Shown here piece after piece: positions 51,201 to 62,187 of a stretch of 64,000 nt of DNA. Source of the stretch: Hormiphora californensis (taxonomy: Eukaryota > Animalia > Ctenophora); NCBI GenBank assembly GCA_020137815.1, contig CM035355.1, positions 6,944,001 through 7,008,000 on the forward strand, read 5' to 3'. Under the pieces are notes generated by a model, which was given only the letters and a program-made list of their open reading frames with translations, was not told the DNA's origin and did no database searches. Within the stretch, counting starts at the first letter, position 1. Each line of letters opens with the position of its first letter. The translations under genes were made by a program, and so were the position numbers.

Positions 51201-54200
51201 TGCCAGTTACATCATGGGACCCATGTCAACGGTGCTTAACATTGTTTCTCTTGTGAGATCAGGTTCTAAACTAACCTACCAAGAAACATATGAAATGTTT
51301 CTAAACCAACTAACCATCCTTATGATCAATCTCGGAGACTTGTTCATAGGAGTTTATCTCATTACAGTATCATACTTTGACTACATCAAATCTGATGGGA
51401 GTTATTGCCAGAATCGGCATTTTTGGTTCAGTTCTACGGAGTGCTCCTTTCTTGGGGTTCTGAGCACCACTGGATCTCAACTTTCTCTGTTTGCAATGAC
51501 AGTCCTGGGAGTTACTAGAGTAACAAACCTAGGGAACCTAGTCCTTCGAGACTGCCAAACCTTCAAGTCCACACTTAAATTAGGAATTCTTGCAGCCGGT
51601 CCGATCTTGGCAAGCTTGATGGTAGCCATAACCCCAGTTTTAACCATATTTGAAGACTACTTTGTCAACGGCCTGTACTATGGAGATTCTCCGTTATTTG
51701 TCGGGCCTGTTGATAAGCCACGGCATTTTGCAGCTTTTGGTGTGTATTTTGGTGAAAATTCCAGTTCTTGGAGTAACGAATCATCTTGGGAAGAGATAAG
51801 ATCGGCAGTTGCTAAAATGTTCTCAAGTGACTCTAAAATAAAAGGTAAAATCAGTAGAATAGTTCCAAGACCATTGCACCATTGTGATTGATTGAGAAGT
51901 TATACTCCACGCTGGTTGACATACTAAACTGTCACACCAAGTATGTTTAGGTTCTAACACCTCTCATTACATACTAGATACGCATACACCTAGCTGCATT
52001 AGGGCGAGAAACATGTATTGCTAAGTCGAATATTTCTTATTTGTTTTCAGAGATGAAAGGCGATACCGTTCACTTCTACGGCAACGACGGTGTTTGTATC
52101 TTCAAGTACCTAGTGAGAAGAGATGATCCACAGTGGATCTTCTCAAGCTCTGTCCTGCTGATGAACTGCCTTTGTTTCCTGTTCATTTCCATCAGTTACA
52201 TTCTCATTGGCTACAAAATCAACTTGTCAGGTAGGGGACCAACCAATAATATTTGTAAAACAAGCAGCTCGAATTGTTTGTTTTAAAGTTTATGTTTTCC
52301 AGATTTTTCACATCAATGGACAACTACTAGATACCCCCCTTACCTCGCTTTATGAAGCAATTAAAATCGGTTATTGGTCAATTTGACAAATTACATTTTC
52401 TCAGGCAGGAACAGCGGCCGTGCTGGTGGAAACGATCGGGTGCTGCAAATAAAAATCCTGGCCATCATCGTAACGGATTTCTTTTGCTGGATCCCTCTGG
52501 GTGTTGTGGCTTTCCTACATCTAGCAGAAGAGATCGATGCCACGAGCTGGTATCCCTTTTTCTCCATCCTGATTCTGCCGATCAACTCTGTCATTAACCC
52601 TTTCCTTTTACGAGTCGAACTTCTACTGGAGGATCTTAAGTGCCACTGTGAGGTTCCCAGTCAGGGTTGCACGACGACTCTGGTCGTTCATTCAGGTTAA
52701 GAAGAGGGACTTTCTGAGAATTCCGGCTGCCATGGAGACGGTGGCATCTGGCGCTTCCGGGACTGCAACCACTGCCGTCTAGGGAACTAAAAGAGGTGAC
52801 TTTCAAGGCGAATTACATACGATGTTAGATCATATAATCTGGTTCCTAGATTGGAAACCAAACCATGTATCTGATAAAACTACTGCATAATCATTCGCTC
52901 AATGACAAAGGGACCGTTGAATAAATGGTGTTCCTTGTATTGGATTTTAATCATAGGGAGGGATAACCTTTTGCTTAATTGTAGAACTAACTAACAGTGT
53001 AAGCAGTGAAAAGTACCTAATGTTTATTGTTGGTATATCAATCCATGAACAATGCACCAGAGTCCACAGTTCAAAGTGACTTTTTGAAGTGTGCAATCTT
53101 TTTCTTTCTTTTATTGTTTCTCTAAAAATCAGAAACTTTTATTTTGTGACAGCGGTCTAATTTGGATGGAGTGTTTGAGTCTTATGTTATGATTATAACT
53201 TATACATACTTTACTCTCATTAGTTACGGTTATTTGGTCTTATCAATTATTGTTTACTGACGTGCTAGTTCGCGTGCGTCAACCGTCGTTGACGCACAAC
53301 TGTCAGAGTATATATCTTGGCTTTTGTGATTGATTTTCCTGTTCTTTCATTCTTGTATTATTGTTCATTACTATCTATTTATCCTTCCACGAACTCGGTA
53401 GTTCTGATAGTAGAAACAACGTATTACAACCATTTCACTTACACTAAGTGGGTGGAGTAAAGTCCGATTTTTAATAATGCGAACCGGGGGCACGCAAAAA
53501 ACTTTCCCACACACCGTGGGAAAGTTTTTTTCCGATTGTTTCGATCATATCTCTGGCTCCTGATAAGATAAAGACCTGATCTTGGTTGCATTGAAAATGT
53601 CTTAAAATTATCTTTCCGATACTTTTAGGATCAAGTCTTAAAATTGTCAAGAACAGAATTTAACACACGCAAATGGAATTAAGTAGAATTAAGTGTGTGC
53701 CCCCCCGTTCACATTATTAAAAATCGGACTTTATTGAGTACGGTGTACCCTCTCTAGACGTAGCACACGCAAAAAAGCGAGAGAGGACAGCAAAGGAGGG
53801 AGAGAAGGAGAAGGGGGGATAACATGCCCAAGGCTCGCCCAAGGTGGAGACTGGAGTAGACCACTTATTATTGCTAGAGAATTGCTAAGAGTCGGAAGAG
53901 TATTATAGTTCCCCATAGCAACAGTATACTTCGTTCCCCATAGCAACAGTATTATAGTTCTCCCATAGCAACAGTATACCCCCCATAGCAACAGTATAGT
54001 TCCCCCAAAGCAACAACATCTGTTCGGAGGAGTTCCCGGAGGAATCACTGAGTTGTAACAAAGAATAAATCCTGGTAAGTGGATGGGTATAATTTATCAC
54101 TATATAGTTACTTACTGTAGAGCTTCAAAAGTTTTAAGATAAACACTCTTGCTCAGTTTAATCCACAGTATGATACAAATCCCTGTGTTTTGTCCTAATC

Positions 54201-55510
54201 CAATTGGACGTTTGTATTCAGTGACCTTTTCTTGGACCTTCTTGAAAAGTAGACTTAACAACTTTCCTAGGTAAAGATAAATTAAATAGTATGCAACCAG
54301 CAACAAAAGTTTAAAGAAAGAATTACTTTATGCAGGTTGCTCACCAACAATAAGAGGCAGTAAAAGTGACAGTCCAAGTTTTTTCAGTAGATTTAGGATC
54401 TGAGATGTTGTAAACTCTGAAAAAAAATATTGATCATTTGTTACGGTTTGAACTTTGAAGATAAAACAAACTCGTACCAAAACGATTTATTTCATTGAGT
54501 TGTTTTTCGTAAAAGTTCACCTGATAAAAAAGTTAACAGACCCACCTCCTTCCACGTACAGGGAGAAGACGAGAGGGGAGGTAAAGCAACCAAGAAGATT
54601 AGCTATTGTGGACACTGCAACTGCCCCCATAACATCTCCATCTGCATCCGTGACCATGACAATACCGGTTGCTATGGTACAAGGCAGACAGTTCCATAAT
54701 ATTAAACCCAGTTTCACTTCACTTGGACCAAGGTTGAACCCATCGTGATCGTCAATACTGACGTTACTGGGTCGGAACGGTAACTGGGAGAAAAGAAGTA
54801 CTATTTTAGTTAAAATAAAGAACCAGTATTTGAAAATTGTAAAACATGTGTTCCGAAATTCTGAGAGAACACAGAGTGAGCAACTCAACAAAACGTGTTA
54901 TTAATTCTGGAACAATTCCAGAACAATCTCTAATACCTGTTCAACAATAGATGCGGCACAAAATCCTGTTATTAAAAAGAGAGGTTACTACTCCTAATAA
55001 TATCACATCCAGTGATTTCAATCCCTGCGGAGTTCTTCTGTCTTCAGTTTTAGACCTGCGAGAAAGAGTAAGAGACAGGTAGATAGAGATAGAGTAAACT
55101 AAAGAAGAGAAATAAGATGAAAAGAAGTAAGAAAATAATTCCTCTGTCAAACCCAGAAAATGTGAACAAATAACTCTGCCGAACCTTTTATAAAATAAAA
55201 TACACAAGAAATTACCTGTAAAAAGAAAGATAATGGCCACAATAACAAGTGATATTGTAGGATCTGATAGATGGTATCCAACTACTGGAATGGCAAATGC
55301 AGCAGCTACAGCTATCAACTGATGGTGGGGTCGGTGTCAGTAAAATTTTAATTATAAATAGGTTGGTAATTAATTGGGAAGTTAATTGATAGAATATGAT
55401 TTTACCTCAGTGCAGATAAGGAAATTGGAAAGATAAAAGGTCAAAACTCTACTACAACACGACACAGCCTTGTCTTTAGTACAGCAGCCCGTTCCAGTCT
55501 CATCAGCCAT
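45286..55510 (-). CDS. Sodium/metabolite (bile acid) symporter, SBF-like / BASS4 / SLC10A7 type
   Basis: ATG at 55510; IFLFTGLKLKTEEL; LGPSEVKLGLILWNCLPCTIATGIVMV...ANLLGCFTSP; LLLPLIVGK. The phase-2 intron 54115-45953 joins ALQ|WRDLGILIVLCVLAHL; then VSQKTL and LLPAFISHPLQMFLDSFLV; stop at 45286. Apparent compensating indels in exon ~55055-54939. Confidence 0.85.
45548..45622. repeat. 21-bp tandem repeat x ~3.5 (intronic)
   Basis: CCAAATTTGGGAAAGGTATGC-like units. Confidence 0.7.
46630..46705. mobile_element. ~75-bp TA MITE (same family as 28240-28311)
   Basis: TACAGTCGGACCCCGATTTACCGGG...CCCGGTAAATCGGGGTCAGACTGTA. Confidence 0.8.
47410..47913 (+). repeat. Coding minisatellite, 36 bp x 14 (PTTE[P/L]ESTNASE)
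   Basis: Seen directly; nearly every unit carries an N-glycosylation sequon. Confidence 0.95.
48454..49803 (-). mobile_element. 5'-truncated Penelope-like retroelement (RT C-terminal half + GIY-YIG endonuclease)
   Basis: PLTVILAEI, WNHFVDD, LPYLDV, SVYRKPTHTNLYL, IYSIPCRDCPSFYVGQTKRPVKTRIKEH, HARESGH; flanked by the 9-bp duplication GTACAGTAT (48445-48453, 49804-49812). Confidence 0.92.
48503..48544 (-). ncRNA. Minimal type I hammerhead ribozyme motif at the PLE 3' end
   Basis: Minus strand ATAG-CTGAAGAC-GTCTGA-CATAGA-TCAGTC-GAAA-GCTC-CTGT: CUGANGA and GAAA core, stem II, palindromic minimal stem III, short stem I. Confidence 0.7.
53458..53733. mobile_element. ~275-bp MITE with ~35-bp TIRs
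   Basis: TAAAGTCCGATTTTTAATAATGCGAACCGGGGGCAC ... GTGCCCCCCCGTTCACATTATTAAAAATCGGACTTTA. Confidence 0.75.
53898..54017. repeat. ~20-25-bp tandem repeat x ~5 (CCCCATAGCAACAGTAT core)
   Basis: Seen directly. Confidence 0.75.
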
Positions 55511-55663
55511 TATGCTAGCACAGCAGGGATATTAACTTTATTAATTATTAATTAGGATTCATTAAATCATCAAGAACAAACAACTTTATGACAATACATC
55601 AGCGTGTGTTCAAACTCTCAATAAATTAGATACAAAATAGACCGATCAACACACGTCACACTG

Positions 55664-56266
55664 TTACACAGTCTCTATACGGTTGGATGTCAGGACAGCT
55701 ATAGTCTTTAACATAGGGATACCTGAGGGAGGAAAAGGGGTCGTTGAAGAATGTTTATTCTGAGTTCTGACCCTAATTTGATCAACTTACTATAATATAT
55801 CAATTCCGTATTATTGGTCCCAAGTTTTACAAAAAGTAACTCACATTCTTGTAGCGTCGCCTCCATAAGGTCGGTGATGGAATCCTGAGTCTCAGCGAGA
55901 TCGAACATTGAACCGAATCCCAGGCTTGTTGGCTCTTCTCCAGCTGAAGGGGATATTATTATTCTTCTTCTAGAGAGTGCCTGGGATAAACCCACAAGGA
56001 ACTTAACAATTTGGTTAGCACTTATGGAGATTGTGAGTGAATGGTCCCCGAAGGAGACGGGAATATTGAAAGTTGCTAAATTCAATTCAGCACCTACCCA
56101 GTTGAAGTTTCATAACGGGTAGGACACTCGTTGTAGACATGTGATGAGAGAGGCAAACAGAAACAGCAGAGTAGCGTTGTGCCTGTTTAATTGAACGGGC
56201 AGATTGTTGCCGAGCGGCCATTCTAAAGGCAGCCATGCCAGCCCTTCTTCCACCAGCCCCTAGCAT
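55664..56266 (-). CDS. Possible small three-exon gene (~120 aa) with a mitochondrial-presequence-like N-terminus
   Basis: MLGAGGRRAGMAAFRMAARQQSARS...; acceptors near 55981 and 55723, donor near 55844. Joining exon 1 to exon 2 needs a one-base correction. Confidence 0.35.
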
Positions 56267-56630
56267 TACTAAAGGAGGTTTTCTGTTACAGATGTAGTTG
56301 GTAGCTTTGTTAACAGTGAAAATAAGGTAAAACAAGCGTCTGTAGCTGGTGTTTCAACTGGATTTTCAACTTTTGAAAAGAAAAAAAAAAGTTTGAAAAA
56401 GAAGTTTGAAAAGTTAAGCTTTTGAAAAGCTCAAGTTGCGCGCGCGGCACGCTACTGCAGCGTATACTTTCGGCACGCGCGTTCGAAAACCAACTGAATT
56501 TAAGGTTGGTTGCGGAGGAGGAATGATCGTCAGATAACGGCGGGAAAGCGGATTTTATCTCATACTTCAATCAAGCTTGTAAACTTTTGTTTGTGAAACA
56601 ATACCAATTCGTCTACCAATTACGTCAAAC

Positions 56631-59600
56631 ATGCACCTTCCTGACGATCTAGAGGTTGAAGTGCAATCGCACACCAATAATGCCTGGTACAAGGTTCGTC
56701 TCCATTGTTCTTCCTAGTTCATCAGGACTCCTTCTCACTTTACTAATTAGTCTTTACTATCTAATTTAGATTCGGCAAACAAATAACAATTGTTTCAGGC
56801 TTGGATCATCGACATCTACCATACAACCGCCCTATGCTACTTCGGGTAATAATATTTAGTTTGATCTGTTATTTATTGACGACACAAATAGCTGACAATT
56901 CCCCAATCCCCATCCCAAATGAAGTCTTTATTAGTATTAACGATATACCTCTTCTCTCGTCAGATGGAAGTCTGATCAGATTGTGCCACTGATGCGCATT
57001 CGTCTACCACCCAAGTACGCGGGTAATCACCAATACTGCATTTTTGAAGAAGTGGAGGTCCTCAGTCCTGAAGTCCCTCGGGGATGGTAAGTTACATCCT
57101 AGTTCTAAGGGGATATATTCGCCCAGAAAGAATACATTCCTATTGCATCTTTGGTTGAGTACAAAGCACCCCTCCCTACAATTATACTTGTCTGCTTTGT
57201 TTCCCCAGTATCTCCTAATCTCCCACTTTAACACACACTGACCCTCTCCAGGTGGCCCGCTGTAATCGAGCAGGTAAGCTCTGACAGGAGGAACTACTCC
57301 ATCAAATATCAGGATCTCAACGACTTCTCTTGTAAAGACATCGTGGGAAGGGACCGGATCCGTCCTCTTATCAAGTGGTGAGTCGAATATTACATCGCTT
57401 TATTTTGTTGACAAGTCTTCCACAACCCACCTAAAAAAGTGTCTCAGGTTCAAACCCGTCAGTCACTAAATAGCCCCCTCTAACCCCCATCTATTTTTAG
57501 TCCGCCCATTCACGCTGAGCAGTTCCTGAAGCACTCAATAGAAGTTAGTGACAAGTTGCGTGACAGCGCTGACGTGCCTGGAGTTCTAGATGACAAGGCA
57601 TTCAAGAAGTTCAAGGATGATACTGGGGCCAGCCTGATCAGATACGATAAATCATCAAACAGCGTTGTTGTTCTGGTACGTGAGAGAGTTTGAATTATAT
57701 TTTACATCTGAACTAATGTGGTACTCAATTCAACTATTATTATACGTGTAAGCATCTTGTGTAGTTAGATATTCAGCTTTTAAATCAGTTCTGGCAGTGA
57801 AAAACCACTGTCTTATTCCTTGCTAATCAAGATTCAATACCTTGTTTAGGAAATCCTTTTACCGTAACCACCCAATACTCTGCTTCTGGTCCCAATCCCA
57901 ACTTTCATGACCCTATCGATGATCTACCCTAACCCTCAATCCCCATGCCATACCTCCTCAGACCACAACCCCCTCTCTAACCCCTCCTCCTTCCCAATAA
58001 CCCTCTCTCCCCTAGAAGCCTCTAACCCCTCCCTCCCCTAGACACCTCTAACCCCGTCCCTCCTCCCCTAGACACCCCACGTGACTGTTCTAAGGACTGC
58101 TGAACACTGTCTTGGTTACCTGCTGGCTCGTCAGGAACAGAAAGTTGAAATGTTCCTCCGGAACAAGAGATACAACGAGCGTCTCAAGGTAACTAAACTA
58201 GGAAAGTGGGTGTAGCGATTAATTGTTCTAACCCTCCTTTACGTGGTAATAAAGGATCGAGCAAGGCAAGAAAGTGTTGTAACAACAAAATTCAACTTAT
58301 TAATTCACTCCCTTCACTGGTTGTTAAATTTCACATCTTGTAGATCTATAACTAATAACACTACTGCAGCTAGCTACTGGCAGCACTCCAATCACTCATG
58401 TTCCCCTTCCAATTTCCATCCACTCAGACTGATCCCGATGCTGTCCTAACCGACCAACCACCACTGTCACCCACCTCTGCAGTTCCCCCTCTGCAGCTAT
58501 TGCAGCAGGGTGGAGATCAGGCTGCAGCTGCCGGGGTAGTTCCACAACCACTTCACCAGATACCACTTCAACAGGTTGTTAAATACACACTTCACGTGTC
58601 ATGACAAATCAGGGGTTGTCCGGTTCTTGATAAATCTGGGTTATTCGATTATAAAACCACTGGTGAACCGTTTGGTTTGCTTTGAACCAAACACTGATTA
58701 TCGATATCCCCAACTCGACTTCATTGGGTCAATTAGGTATACTGGAAAGTTCTCTTTTATAACCCTCAACCTTCCTCAGCAATTTACGGACGAGTTCACG
58801 ATTAGTCCCAACTTTATGGGTCTAGCCATTGGTGTCCGGGGAAAGAACATTAATGAGGCTAGGAAGATCCCTGGTATCATTTCACTTGACTTGAACGAAG
58901 AGGACTGTACCTTTACGTGAGTAGTCGCACTCAGTTTTTTCCTCTCATCATCCCCCTGATCTCATTCATGATACTATTCCTGGTCGCTTCATCTGTTGTT
59001 AGATACCTCTAGTTATATGTCCCGCTTTGCCCCTAATTAGTAACCATTTGATCCTAATGTTTTTAGCAACATTGTCCACTGATGTCCCTAACGTACACTA
59101 CCATCCCTGTAGGATTACTGGGGAATCTCGTGAAGCGGTCAGTAAAGCGAGAGAGCACCTTGAGCACGGGGAACTAATTATCAAAATTGGACAGGACATT
59201 ACTCGTAAGTCAGTAGTCACCATACTTCCCATACCCTACTACCCTAGTTGTCCCTAAATCGACCTCAATTATAACACCCCTCTCAGCTCGGATTATTGGA
59301 AAGAAAGGGAACACAATTCGGGATATTATCCACAAGGCTAACTGTGTGAGAGTGAAAGTAGATCCTGATGTTGATACCGGTTAGTTGTTTTGAAAGAATA
59401 CTTGGCCCCAATAATTGGGGATGGGGTATGGGGTGCATACTGGAATTACTAAAGTGACTTCGAGAGGGTTTATTGGCTTGATTTTATCAGCTAGCTAATT
59501 GATAGTTAATAAGTTGAATAGCTAATTGGTAATGTGTTTCAGAAGGTTACGAGACTGGCCACACCAAGTTCACTTTCGTTGGTACTCTCAAATCTCTGAA

Positions 59601-61470
59601 ACATGCTAAAATCCTGATAAACTGCCAAATTAACTACATCAAGGTAACTTTCTACTACACTATATTCCTGTTCATCGAAGCCCCTTTCAGTCCTCCGGCC
59701 CCTGAATTAGTTAGCCCTCTCTAAGTCCCAATCTTCCCTCACCAGGAAATGATGGAGATGAATAGTGCTAATATGAAGGCTGACGAAGAACTGCGAAAGA
59801 AACTTGGAATGGTCAAGTTAGACGGTCCTAATGACATGCCAATCGGTCAAGACGCACTTATTTTAACCCCAAGAGCTCCTGTCAACATCACATCAGCCAA
59901 TGAGGTATGTCTCACTTCCAGACTTGATCTACCGGACCGTCACACAATTCCCGGCGGCTGGCTCATTCCTGTTTTGGCGCTTTTTCTCCGCGCCCGCTGC
60001 CAACTGCTTCTTTTCACCTTGCCGCGTAAAAAGTATGCCGTTTCATAGCAAGTGAAACAGAAAGGGGCCGCGCGTTCACAGGTGCGCGTCTATCAACTGC
60101 CTACGTCATTTCAACCGTTTTTAACCGCTGGTCACCGTTCGACACGTGTCACGTCCCGCTACTTCTGTTCTAATCACCCTTTCTTGTCCCAGATTGAAGG
60201 TAAAAACTACCCAACAACTCCAAATGGTCCTGTGTATCAGAAATCGTACAGCAACACTGTTCAATACACCGTCACCATGCCCAATGCTGAGAGTAAGTAA
60301 ATTATTATTCTGTTTTTGTGACTTCTTACTGAGAGAATAATCTTTGAAAAACATTTAATAACAATGATTCTACCCATCAGGACTAGAACTAGACCCCGAA
60401 GATAAACAGGGACGACACAGTCAGCACCAGTCACGTGTTAAAGTACAGGCACCTTCAGAGAAAGGTAAATTTTGCTTCAATACTTCATTATTCCAACTTA
60501 TTTTATTGTTTCTTTGTTTTACTTTTCCAGATTCCCTAACTTATTTTTTATTCTACATATTCCTCTAACTCTCAGAGATTTCTAACCCATGTCCTCCCCC
60601 ACCAGTTGAGGAAAAGGCAGCTCCCCTACAACAGCGTGTATCACGCGAGAACACCCGTGAAGTACCAAGAGAGAGGTCCATTCCCCGGGGCGAAGTTCCT
60701 AAGGAGAGGGAATTCCCCCGAGAGAGGGATCAACCACGGGAGAGGGAGCAACCACGAGAGACCTACCGTACCCGAGATCTCACCAACACCAGGCGACCGA
60801 GTCCCTCTAACAAGAACTCATTGACCCGTGCAACAACCCCCAAAACGGCTACCACTAAGAAGCCTAAAGTTGACATCAAACTTGTCAACGAGAAGATTGG
60901 ATCTGCCCTGGGTGAGGGCAAGGTGAGTTACATCTGTTCGGAAGAGGGTATTAATAATGCATTAATTAATGCTTTGCTCCCATGACCTAACGTATTAAAA
61001 TTGATTGCCTTTTTAATTAACTCAATTAATTTCCCCAGAAACAGCTGAAATCAGAAGATTTGAGATCAGAGCAGCAGGCCGCCATTGAGGACCTTGTAAA
61101 GGCTGAGGCATCCACTGTTACACAGGAGGAAGACGTAAGTTGGGCTGATATATGTAGAGGGCGATGGGGTGGGGAGGGGGTATAATGGTGGCATGGTACT
61201 GGTACTGCAAGGGAGGGTTAGAAAAAGGTGGTATGATCAGGAATTTCAGCTCCGAAGGGAGGGGGTATCGGGGTAGCTGGCCCAGATGGTGGGGTGTATA
61301 TCCCTTGTTAAGACCTGACCTAGGTTTGTCCTCAGAAGGAAAATCAGAAGGTTACCGTGAACAACCAGAACCTCCCCATGGATAACAGTAAACACACCAA
61401 CGAGAATGATAACCTGACCAAGTCTCGAACTGTCCAAGCGAATGAGCTGAGCCATGCAACCACCTGCTAA
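56631..61470 (+). CDS. FMR1: Fragile X family RNA-binding protein (FMR1/FXR orthologue)
   Basis: LEVEVQSHTNNAWYK and WWPAVI (tandem Agenet), KH0, KH1 FMGLAIGVRGKNINEARKIPGIISLDLNEEDCTF, KH2 RIIGKKGNTIRDII...RVKV...FTFVGT; many GT-AG exons; C-terminal exons less certain. Confidence 0.9.
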
Positions 61471-62104
61471 ATGAGGTATGTGTTGTTGTTATAGTGGCCT
61501 CCCAGTGAGTGGCCTATTTAAAGAACCCAACTGTAGAACAATTTACCCGTTTCTAAATATTTGATAGTTATATAAGCGTGTAATAAACAAGTTAAATAGT
61601 TAACTGTTAAAAGACTGCTCTATTTGAATTGTAACCTATTTATGTACAACCTATTTATGAGCCTATATTCCATTTTAACGGAATGGAAACGCCAGGTTTT
61701 TAAGAGTAAATCAGTGATATATGAGAAAGTGTATTCTAGTTAGAAAGAGAGAAAGAGAAGAATGAAAGCAGGGGTTGGTGTTTCCATCTCCTACGCTATA
61801 TATCACGTAACTGCACTATTAACCACGGACTATTGGACCTTATATTATACCATTATATTATTTGAGAGTGGCCATGCATATATAGTAAATTAGTTTTCGT
61901 TGCGTGTGTATTATTATACGTAAAACGAGCTAAGGTCATCGCGCTACTAATGAGCATAAATAAGCTATAATTACATACAATGAAGAGAATGTAAGAGAAT
62001 CTTAGAAAATTACCAAATGGACTTTGTGTCATAGCTTTTGTGTGGCTGCGATCTCTTCTCATGTCTGCTGAGCATGCGCCACTTTGTGAAAGTGCCGCGG
62101 CTGC

Positions 62105-62106
<2 letters not shown>

Positions 62107-62184
<78 letters not shown>
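62107..62184. repeat. (GA)n microsatellite
   Basis: Seen directly. Confidence 0.95.

Positions 62185-62187
<3 letters not shown>

Larger units (their letters stand above)
47344..52782 (+). pseudogene. LDLa-repeat rhodopsin-class GPCR (GRL101/RXFP-like 7TM, no LRRs) with a mucin-like N-terminus; allele disrupted by a Penelope-like insertion
   Basis: Signal peptide, 12-aa S/T/E repeats, many LDLa modules (CDGRSYCPNGEEE, CDLKDDCGDGSDE), 7TM motifs INLGDLFIG, FYGNDGVC, TDFFCWIP, PINSVINPFL(Y). Exons 47344-51844, 52051-52230, 52405-52782. An extra T in a T-run at ~52605-52609 breaks NPxxY. Confidence 0.85.

Noticed and set aside
52600-52615. Frameshift at NPxxY as evidence of GPCR decay
   Set aside because: It lies in a T-run, and similar homopolymer indels occur in other genes here, so it cannot be told apart from consensus error.
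53731-54048. Hydrophobic ORF as the next symporter exon
   Set aside because: Lacks family motifs and overlaps a tandem repeat; the exon at 45952 matches both phase and motifs.
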